A stretch of DNA of 64,000 nucleotides from the human T2T-CHM13v2.0 reference genome, Homo sapiens, in NCBI RefSeq assembly GCF_009914755.1, contig NC_060936.1; one strand, written 5' to 3'. Both the position numbers and the translations under genes were made by a program. How positions within the stretch are numbered: position 1 is the first letter of the stretch; each line of letters begins with the position of its first letter. The notes under the pieces are model-generated. The model worked only from the letters and a program-made list of their open reading frames with translations, did not search any database and was not told the DNA's origin. Positions 1-10,742 of this stretch are shown one piece after another.

Positions 1-288
1 CGCGGTGGTTCACGCCTGTAATCCCAACACTTTGGGAGGCTGAGGTGGCAGATCATGAGGTCAGGAGTTTGAGACCAGCCTGACCAACATGGTGAAATCC
101 CATCTCTACTAAAAATATAAAAATTAGCTGGACGTGGTGGCATGCGCCTGTAATTCCAGCTACTCAGGAGGCTGAGGCAGGAGAATCGCTTGAACCCAGG
201 AGGCAAGGTTGCAGTGAGCGGAGATAATGCCACTGCACTCCAGCCTGGGCGACAGAGCGAGACTCCATCTCAAAAAATAATAATAATA
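1..288 (+). mobile_element. Alu SINE (AluS, Sg-like), first few bases cut by window edge
   Basis: Full dimer (cacgcctgtaatcccaacactttgggaggc ... gagactccatctc) with A/AAT tail; 'gatcatgaggtcaggagtttgag' has the 2-bp deletion of Sg/Sc/Y types. Confidence 0.95.
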
Positions 289-3055
289 CTCTTTTTTTAT
301 TATCATAAGAGAGTCAGGAAAATGGGAAAGAGTGCATTGTTGAGTTGAAAAGTCAAGTTAAAGTATTCACAGTGACTGAAAAGGAAATAAAAGAGGGAAT
401 CAACAGGACTTAAATAGAAGGAACATTGAGCTGTGGTGAGGGCCAAGTGTACAAAAAAGTGGACAGGTCTCAAGGGTTAGTGAGTTTTTCCAACAATGTT
501 TAACAACTCATGGCTTTCCTACATCAGCCCTTTTCCCATACACCCCCAAATGCAGGGTCCAGAGTGATTGCACCACTGATTGCTGTGGGGGTTGGGGGGT
601 GGGGAACCTGAGAAGCTCATTGCAGGGAAGACAGCAGTGGCTCTTTGTCTCCAGCTCCAAGCATATGTGTGTCTTTGTGAGTGCAGATCCTCAAGCATAT
701 GTCCCAATAGAAACATTCTACTCTATGGGCTTATTAAAGAATCTTAACACCTTCTAAAATTGCCCAAACCCTTATAGATGCCCAGTATTCAACAATGTGA
801 ACTGCTTGACCTATTCAGTCAGAAATAATAGAAAATGTATTAAAAGCACTACCTTTTCATGCTCTTAACATAATGCTTTGAATTTCCAGTGCATCCCAGT
901 GGATTACTGTGAATTGTTTTGTAGGCACAAAATTTTCTGTTTGTTTTCCCTCCTACTGTATGCTATAATCTTTGAAAGTGTATTTATCCAAAGATGAAGG
1001 CACTTGTTTCTCCCCCAGCCTTCTCTGGAGGAGCACTTAACAGCATGTAGGAAAGCCTATGTTTAAAGTCTGGTTGACCCCCTAGTCGATTTCCCACCCC
1101 CGTGATTGCTCTCTTTTAATTTTCATCACAGTTCCCACCTCATTCTCCACCCCACTGACTCTCTAGGCTATCTTCCTGTTACCTGTGTTAGAATACTCCC
1201 ACTCCTCTTGCCACCCCTGTGTTCAAGAGTCATAACCCTTTGGAGTGCTGTGTCTCTGTGAAAGAAGACAGAGACTGGTCAGACTCAAGGCCTTCAGGAG
1301 ATTTTATGAATGTGATGGTGCCCATAGCTCCATAGGAACTATGATTATCATCATCAGCCCAGCTAGCAAAACAGACCTGCTCATCACGGTTTATACATGA
1401 AAGGGAAAAACCATTTTTCCCATCTTGCAATGATGAGCTTCTCCTTTAGGTGTGTTTTTGAATGATCTCCTGCCATTTTCTCCCCAAGAACTCTTAACAT
1501 TATTTGACATTCACTTCAGCATCTTGCGACTTGGGTCCAGGAACAATAAACCAAAATAACCAAGTAAAGGAAACATGCATTCTTTATTTTTTCCCCATCC
1601 AAACACTTGCTCACTTAGAGCATTCACTGGTGAAAAGCAATGCACCTCCAGCTGGAGAGGAAGAAAGCACAGGGAAACCAGGATGGAATAAGAGTGAATT
1701 TGCTATATGGAGAGAATGTCAGATTTTTGGTTTGAATGGGGAGAAAAAGAAAAAGAATAACTTCAAAGGTACTCTGCCTTTGAGCAGGGTAATCAGCACA
1801 TTTCACCCCATTTTAACTGAATATAGCCTTGCAAGTCCACTGATTCTCTCCTATTTTATTGAGAAAAATCACAAGAGCTTCCCAAATTTTTCTTTTCTTT
1901 GTCAGCATTTTATAGACGATTGGGGACAAGTTCTTTGGGCACAGACAGGCCTGAATTAAATTCAAGACTTCTCTGTCATTTACCAGGTGCTTGATCTTTC
2001 CAAGGAAGTTTCCTAATTGTAAAAAGGTAAAAATCATGCTGATGTTATCAATATGTTCTGAAATTTTATTTACATAATGTATCGAAAGCCCCTAGTCCTT
2101 TCTTAAGCTTAACATAAAACTACTGGTTCTTGATCTGTGTTTAATAACATGGGTCAAATCAAGTGTTTAATAAGTGGTTAGTATTATTTCTTTGTTTTCT
2201 TTGCTAGAGATATGGAAAAGAATAAGAAAATAAGCAAGGAAAGAAGCCATGGGGATAAAAGGGTTTGGAGTGTAAACTAACACACATCTCATAACTAAAA
2301 GGACTCCTACCAATATAGGAACTACTGGAACATTGTCTCTTAACTGGTCCTCTATTTCTAGATTCTGCCTATGATCTATATCAGTAGTCTCCAAAATACA
2401 GTACGTGCAATCAAGCAGGTGTACAAAACAATCAATGGGGGAGATGGAAGAGAACATTAGAACTTCTGTATATACCCACTTTTATCAAATAAAATAAGAG
2501 ATTAAGCTTTTCTGATATTTAATATGTCATGGCACTCTCAGTCTCTATGTTAGTGATCACCCCTCACATAGGATATGTGGGAAGTCTTGAGGGAAAATGG
2601 GAGTCTATAAATCACAGGAGTGGACAGTGATTCCCTAACATTTTCATTTGTTTAATAATTTATGATACATGCCCAGTTGAGTGAATACGTGGAACTATTG
2701 TCTAATTCTAACTTGCTGAAAAAATCATAAAATAAGTGAGAAACTTAAAAAGACCCCAAAAATAAATAATGGGTCAAAGATACCACAACAAAGCAAGCCA
2801 CGTGGTAGAAAAAGTTGATTGTTCTCCACTTAGAAGTACTTTGTCACCATATTACAATATATGGTATAATATAATTATATACATAATAATTATAATTAGA
2901 TCTGACAAGAGATTAGCTCACCTCAAGAAGATGAATTGGAATATGGATTTATACATACACTCCTTAACAATGTCACCCTAGGTAGACAATAAAATATTAG
3001 CTATAATGTTTAGTAAGACTTTAAAACTAAGTAATCAGTACACTAACAGTGTGGC

Positions 3056-3435
3056 TGTATTAGTCCATTCTCACACTGCTATAAAGAACTAGCTGATACT
3101 GGGTAATTTATGAAGACAAGAGGTTTAATTGACTCACAGCTCCACAGGCTGTACAGGAAGAATGGCTGGGAGGCCTCAGAAAACTTACAATCATGGCAGA
3201 AGTCTAAGGGGAAGCAAGCATTTCCTACCATGGCAGAGCAGGAGGGAGAGTGAAGAGGGAAGTGTTACACACTTTTAAACAACCAGATCTTGGGAGAACT
3301 CACTTACTATCAGGAGAACGGCAAGTGGAAAATCCGCTCCCATGATCCAATCACCTCTCACTAGGCCCCTCCTCCAACACTGAAGATCACAGTTCAACAT
3401 GAGATTTGGTGGGGACAAAGAGTCAAACCATATCA
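3056..3435 (-). mobile_element. MaLR solo LTR, THE1D-like
   Basis: tgtattagtccattctcac ... aaaccatatca, 380 bp; 5-bp TSD gtggc (3051-3055) / atggc (3436-3440). Confidence 0.9.
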
Positions 3436-3569
3436 ATGGCTTTTGGTGAGATAAAAATTGAAAATCAAATTTTACCTCTCTCTTATGCTTTTTAATATCC
3501 ACATATGTACTTTATACTGTACAAAAGTTATTAGTACAAGCATGCACGTATATAAATTACACATAAACA

Positions 3570-3871
3570 GAGCCTGGCACGGTGGCTCATGCCTGTAATC
3601 CCAGCACTTTGGGAGGTCGAGGAGGGCGGATCACTTGAGGTCAGGAGTTTAAGACCAGCCTGGCCAACATGGCGAAACCCCGTGTCTACCAAAAATACAA
3701 AAATTAGCCAGGTGTGGTGGTGTGCACCTGTAATTCCAGCTACTCAGAAGGCTAAAGCAGGAGAACACTTGAACCAGGGAGGCGGAGGTTGCAGTGAGCT
3801 GAGATCCTGCCACTGCACTCCAGCCTGGGTGACAGAGTGAGACTCTGCCTCAAAAAAAAGAAACAAAAAAC
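3570..3871 (+). mobile_element. Alu SINE (AluSx/Sz-like)
   Basis: Full dimer with A tail; TSD ttacacataaacag (3557-3570) / ttacacataaagag (3872-3885). Confidence 0.95.
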
Positions 3872-4006
3872 TTACACATAAAGAGATATGAATATATGAG
3901 TGGGACATGCTCCAACATGATGGGGCATGTTACTGAAAGCTTGGAGGGCATTCCCTACGCTGATGCTGTGTGTTAGCCTTGCCTTTGGGTTATGCCACAC
4001 CTCTGC

Positions 4007-4356
4007 TGTCTTGGTCAGCTTACACCACTATCACAGAGTACCAGCGGCTGGGCAGCTTAAACAACAAACACCTAATTCTCAGAGTTCCAGAGACTGGAAA
4101 GGTCAAGATCAAGATACCAGTACATTTGGTGTCTTGCGAGGGCCTGTTTCCTGGTCCGTAGATGGCTGTCTTCTTGCTGTGTCCTCAGCAGGTGGAAAAA
4201 GAGCTAGCTAGCTTTCTGGGGTCCCTTTTATAAGAACACCAATTCCATTCATAGGGGCTCCACTCTTATGACCTAAATACCTCTCAGAGGCCCTACCTCC
4301 CAATATCATCACATTGGGGGTTAGGATTTCAACATGTGAATATTCAGTCCATAGCA
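4007..4356 (-). mobile_element. MaLR solo LTR, MLT1A-like
   Basis: tgtcttggtcag ... ttcagtccatagca termini; TSD tctgc / cctgc. Confidence 0.85.
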
Positions 4357-4861
4357 CCTGCAGAAGGATCTACCTTTAACAGTTCTCTGTTGTCAAATGA
4401 ATATGGTGTGAGCTACTTACAGGCACATAAGGTACTTTCTAACCTGGCCCCAGCCCTGGTAAGAAACAGACTGGCATAGGTAGTTTGAAGAGAGATTAAT
4501 AGAAGGACTACAAAGATGTAGGTGGACTCTAGAGAAACTACGAGGGATAGTAATGTGGAAAGATGGGAGGAGGTGCCTGCCCCCCGACCGCAGGCCTAAA
4601 GTGGTGGAAAGGAGGAAAGAGAGAGGCTGTGTGGAGAGGGCCCTTGCTGAGACCTTCAGGGAAGGAATGCAGCCAGCTCAAGGCCACCCTGACCCCTCTC
4701 CTCTCACCCTTACCTGCGCCCTATTTACTGAATCCAACACAGAGGGAAGATATTGAGGTGGCCCACACAAGCAGCTTTCCATGACACAGAATTGAATAGA
4801 GAAGGGTAGTGGACCTGGAGAAACCAACGGAAGATATTCAAACCAATCTCTTTCCAAATTT

Positions 4862-5310
4862 CTCATTCATTCATTCATTCACTGATACTTTTATTTCTTC
4901 ATTCAACAACTTCGATTGAGTGCTGTGTCAGGAACTGACTAGGATACTAGAGATACACCAGGAACAAGACAGTTGGTGTCCTGACCCTGATGTCTCATGC
5001 TACCTTCCAGAGAAGCAGGTAAAAAACATGGTGAGAGGTAAAATAATTACAGGTCACAATACATTCCTAGTGATAGATGCTGTGATGGGGAATAACAGGG
5101 GACTTGCATCAGGGAAAGTGGCCATGGATGATCTTCCTGAGGAGGTAAGACCTGAGGATAGAGAAGGGATTGGCCATGAAAATAGGTTGGGAAGAATATT
5201 CTACAAATAAGAAGCAGAATGTGCAGCAGCCCTGAAGTAGAACTCTGCTGTGGTGATCCAGGCACAAAAAGGAACAAGTGTGGCCAGGGTTGGGAAGTAA
5301 GAGATGGGCT
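4862..5310 (-). mobile_element. L2 LINE 3' fragment
   Basis: (cattc)n / ttcattcaacaa 3' tail on the minus strand, followed by typical L2 3' sequence (cttcctgaggaggtaagacctgag). Ends approximate. Confidence 0.7.
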
Positions 5311-5439
5311 CGGGACGGTGGGCAGGGACCGCCCCCTGCCAGGCTCCACCAGCTACAGTAAGGAGCTTGGGCAATGACACGTCCTTGAACCAGGGCATTT
5401 TGTAAACATCCTTCTGAACTGCTCACCCTGCCAAATATT

Positions 5440-5720
5440 GTGGCTTTCATGTGTCATGCCTCTGTGCCTTTGCGCATGTAGTGCCCCTGCCTAGAAACTC
5501 ACCCCCTCTCTTCTACCAGACAGTTACTCATCCTGTGTGACCCAGTTTATATGTCATTTCCTGTGCGAAGCCTTTCTTGGTCTCCTCAGTCTGTCTCAGT
5601 CACTTCCTCTTCTGTGCTCCCTTAGCACTTTGTACATGTCTCCCTGCTTTGTCACTATTTGTTTACTGATCATCCCTCTCTCAGGACAGTGAACTCTTTG
5701 AAGGCAAAAGCTATTTTACG
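5440..5720 (+). mobile_element. L2 LINE fragment
   Basis: gcctttgcgcatgtagtgcccctgcctagaa ... gtgaactctttgaaggcaa resembles the L2 3' region. Ends approximate. Confidence 0.6.
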
Positions 5721-6075
5721 CTTCTTTGCATCCCTACCCTACTCCACCTCACACCCCCAAGCCCTTGAAGAACTGATACCATGTTCATCTTTGCATCCTC
5801 ACCCTACTCTTCCCCCAACCCCTAGTTCACCTGGCCCAGGGTGTGCCACGTTAGTAACATCCAAGAATGCATGCTGCATGAATAAAGTTGCAGAAAATAG
5901 ACCTCCCACTAATTCTGACCTTCAATAGCAATAATACCTGCCCAGAAGAGGCTACCAGTGAATTGTGATGTTTTAAAGCTTCCTGAGCATATAAGACAGC
6001 TGCTGGAATCCACTTAAGCAATTAGAAGTTAGATGTTCAACTAGAGTTTACAGGATGCCTTTAATCTATAAAGGA

Positions 6076-6317
6076 TAATAATAGGTAACATTTATTAAAT
6101 GCTTACTGTATACCAGTCTATTCTAGCAGCTGCACTAGAATGTATTCATTTAATCTTCAGAACAAAACTCTGAGCTGTTTACTCATACTAACCTACTTTA
6201 CAGATGAGGAAACTGAGGTACAGTGGGGTTAACTGATTCAATGAGGACCACACAGCCAGTAACAGGCAGGACAGGGATTGAGACCCAGGTAGTCCAGCTC
6301 CAGAACCCAAACTCTTT
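6076..6317 (-). mobile_element. MIR SINE
   Basis: MIR core 'tttacagatgaggaaactgagg' and 'taacatttattaaatgcttact'. Confidence 0.85.
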
Positions 6318-6333
6318 TTGCGTGTGTGGATAA

Positions 6334-6680
<347 letters not shown>

Positions 6681-6681
6681 A

Positions 6682-7010
6682 CTTTTTTTTTTAATTTATT
6701 TTTTAACTTTTAGTTTCAGGGTTACATGTGCAGGTTTGCTCTATAAATACACTGCATGTCAAGGGAGTTTGGTGTACATATTATTTCATCACCCAGGTAA
6801 TTACCATACTACCCAATAGGTAGTTTTTTGATTCTCACCCTCCTACCCTCCACCCTCTAGTAAGCCCCAGTGTCTATTGTTCCCTTCTCTGTGTCCATGC
6901 ATATTCAATGTTCAGCTCCCAGTTATAAGTAACAACATGCGGTGTTTGGCTTCCTGTTCCTGCATTAGTTCACTTAAGACAGTGGCCTCCAGCTCCATCC
7001 ATGTTGCTGC
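6682..7010 (-). mobile_element. L1 3' end, old L1PA (PA13-16-like), 5'-truncated
   Basis: ttacatgtgcaggtttg ... ttatttcatcacccagg ... ggcctccagctccatccatgttgctgc is the reverse of the L1PA 3'UTR. Confidence 0.88.
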
Positions 7011-9959
7011 CATCTCTAACAGACTCCCTTCAAAGATAGAAAAATAGCAATAATAATTTCCTGTTTGTGGATGAAGCTAATACTATAAAAGTTCGTCTTC
7101 CTCATCATTATCATTTACAGTCACATCATCTCTCCAAAAGAGATGGATTTGTGTAGACTCGTTGTCATTCTCAGTACCATATGTGCACAATGGCTGCTCA
7201 TATTTAGTGGAGGGTCTTCATTGTCTGCCCTACCCCATCAAGGAAATAGAAAAATCTCTGTCTGTCTCTCATGGGTATTTTGCCCTGGAGGACACTCAAT
7301 GCATATTTCTTCAATTAAACCAACCCAACTAAGGAATGTACCTTAAGTGAGAGAGACTTAGTTCACACCTTGAACCAGCTGATTCATGGTAGACCCAGCC
7401 CTTCTTTACTCTGGGCATGAGTTTCCTCATAGAGAAAAAATTAAATGAGAAATTCTCTTAAGATTGTATCTAGCTCTAAAAATTGGTGAAATTTAGGAAT
7501 ACAAGTCCATGTAAAACTATAATTTCTTTTATTTAGGTGATGGATACTCTCACACTTTGTATCAGCCTATTAACTGCACATGATTAAAAATCTCACAAAA
7601 CAGGATATGAGAATTTATCGCTTATCAAGGGCCAGAAATAATATCAGTTCTGAAAAACAGAAGCAGAATTCAAAACAACCTGAGGCCTGCACAGAATTTC
7701 TTATTACTCCGTCCTGTCCCGTGGCCAGTGAATACAATAAAATGTGACAAGAGAGATTTTCTCCATGTTGGTGACAGACTAGAACCCTTGCACTCAGGGC
7801 ATGTTTGGGAGCAGCAGCCCCTGGGGCCCTCATTGTGGAGGATGTAATCAGTGTTCCCTACTGAGCCCTCATTGGTATATGGAGACAGATGTGTTTTTCT
7901 TTAAACTGTCATGAAAATTGCAGCGATATGGACACAGGCTATTGAGTCATGCGGGGATAAGGTAATGAGTGGAACGCTGTTGACAGGAGAGATGGGAAGG
8001 GCTAGAGGGGCTAAGGAGGCAGGAGAGTCACAATTCATACTCCAAGTGTGGCTTAGTGCAGAGATTATTCTGCAGAGAGCTGCTCCAGTGAGATAACCAA
8101 TTGCATGATTCTGAGCGAGTCACCCGATCTCCTGTTTATAAAATGAGGAGGCTGGATTCAATCAGGAGTTTTCGAACTGAATCCGTAGAAGAGAAGCATC
8201 TCATGGAAAAACCAAGTGGGTGGAGAGAGGCACAAACCTAAGTGATCATGCTCTTGACCCTCCATTCCATCTCTTCCACTCTCATCTCTACTTTTACATG
8301 TTTTGCATTGGAGTTCAACAAAAGAGTGTATTTCAAAAAAGGTAGGCTATTATAAAGAATAAAGATTTTGAAGCCACGTAGATTAGATGACCTCAAACAT
8401 CCCCTCCCAACTTTTGCTATGAGTCCACGAAATCATTAACAAATAAGCAGGCATACACTTGCCTTCCCAATTCATTTTCACACCCCCAGCAAATATCTCA
8501 GAGTAAATTAAAAGTAATTCTTTTGAAGTTGCCCACTTTTTTCTTTGCCCAGCAGTAGATCCCCCAGCTCCTTGATAAAATAGTCTAACTTATTAAAATC
8601 ACCAATGATCTCTCTTCACCAGAAAATAAGGCTGGCTTTCAGCCAGAAAACTGATGTGACTTGTTTTACTGATTTCCCAAAATCATTATTCTCTTTCTGC
8701 CTCATCATGATAATAATTATTATTGTTATTATTCATGACAGAGTCCTTGCATAATCAACTCTAATATCACACGTAAGCCTTCTTGTCTCTACCACCTGAG
8801 CAGAGGTTGGCAGCATTCCTCCCAGTGTTTGATCAAAATGCTGCCACTCCAATGAATCCCAACTAGTCTGCAGTCTCATGATGCTGCACACAGTCACCTG
8901 AATCTTCTGTATGGTAAAAAACAAAAGGCCTCCATTTGCTGGAAAAGGCTCTGAGGTGGGGGAGGGATGATAGAGCCACATTAAATTGAAGTGAGTAAAT
9001 ACAAAGCAAGCCATCTTTGTGCATAGAATAAGATAAGGGAAATTGAGAATGGTCCACCATATCACTAAATACAGCCATATGATCTGATTCCATGGCAATT
9101 GGCCCAGCCAGACCTGTGGAATTTGCCCAGTCGTAATTGGGCTGCTTTTCTATACCTAATGGATCCCAGAATGAAATCACACTGACATCCCAGAAAGCTT
9201 TTCATTTGTTATCAGACAGCTTTGGTTCAAATATCATGGTGAGGGAGAAACACTGACAACATTGTATTTCAGCTCTTGGAAGCCGTTCCAACTTTTCATC
9301 ACATAGACCGTCCCTTCAAAGTTTTGTGCTTGTTCCATTTTGCAGTGTTGGAAATTATATACACAGTGCCACACATGTTGAGGCATTTCTCTGATGCATT
9401 CTCTATACTGGAAAGATGCAGACAGTGAGCAAATACTTGCTTGCTGCCTCAGTTCCCTCCTACACCTAAGGTAGAAGCTGAAAATTGATGACAACACTCT
9501 TTACTAAATCCAGATGCAGCCTCAAAACAGTTTGTAGAGCATCTGCAAAAAAAAAAATTCATGTGAGTTGACACTTAAGATGAAACTTATTCTCCACCCT
9601 GAATGTACACTAGGTAGTCATGGATTTAACATTTATAATTTCAACCATTCAGAAATACCCATCAAGATCATGATAGCTATACAACTTGGCTTAGTCACAT
9701 AGCTGAGTCACTCGTGATGAAAAGATCCCTCAGCTGAAGAATGAGTCTAACTCTTCCCCATATTGATATCTGAAATACAATATGGGGGATTTTCTTTCTT
9801 TTTAAAAAAAAAAAATTATGATTAAAACAAAAATGCAGACTATACATTACAGACTAGTACTTATAAATTTGGAGAGTTAAAAATTTTTCCTAACAGATCT
9901 CTTCATAAAGGTTCCTGTTATTTAAAACCCCACTATAATAACTACTACTATTGATATCC

Positions 9960-10742
9960 ATGCACAACACAGGCCTGATCCTTAATTCATTCATTGTCTC
10001 CACTGTTATCATCTCAATCAATGATGTGAACATTTACAAAGTTGTTCAGAGCAGAAACTTGGAGGTCAAGCTTCAATTGCTCTCTGAGCTCCCCATGCCC
10101 TACTCTGAAAATATTCTACAGATTCTACCTTAAAAATATACCACAATCTGCCCACTAATCTTCCACTTTGATTTCTGCCATCTTGATCCAGCCATTTGTC
10201 ATATCTTTCCCACACTATTGTTCCTGACTGATCTCTTCCCCTGTCTGCTTCCCATTCTACTCTCTGTTTTTTCTATTGTATGCTCAAAGTGTGGGTCTAC
10301 AACAAGGTAAGGTGCTTACATCAGAATATATATGTAAATCAATGCACTCCTTCTTTCATTTTGTCTGTCCATAAGCTCAGCTAAAAAGTGTTCTAGGTGA
10401 TATACTTGATTTATGTCTGCACAAGCTCCTTTTCACCACAGACAGAGAGCCACAGGTTGCAGACCAGCCCATGTGCAGACCACAGGTTAGGCAACGCTGG
10501 CATCACAACCCCAAATAATGAGGCCTTTGCCTACTTCTCAAACTTCATTTTGAGCCTACCTGCCTTTTCTTCCTCTGTTCCAACCACAGTGGGCTCCTTT
10601 TGGATCTTAGACATAACCATGCTGTTTTAGAGACATAACTACCTTAACCACACCTGTCCTAAAGAGGGCACTTGCTCTTCCCTTAGCTGGGAATACTCTG
10701 TCTCTGACTTTTTACTTATAAATGACATTTTCTAATACCCTC
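9960..10742 (+). mobile_element. Degraded L2 LINE, continuing at 13666-13830 after the THE1 insertion
   Basis: L2-like 'ttctaccttaaaaatataccacaatctgccc' and 'gctcttcccttagctgggaatactc'; resumes 'cttccctgacc ... ctagactggaagctccctgagggcag'. Confidence 0.55.

Noticed and set aside
3589-3840. ORFs such as [20 protein letters not shown] (also 6326, 20607, 47118, 49493, 62671)
   Set aside because: Alu read-through translations, not genes.
4400-4850. Possible old MaLR/ERVL LTR; also possible old DNA-transposon or L1 relics at ~2200-3000 and ~14800-15200
   Set aside because: Too degraded to assign family or ends by eye; needs a Dfam search.
7797-7806. p53 half-site GGGCATGTTT
   Set aside because: No adjacent second half-site.
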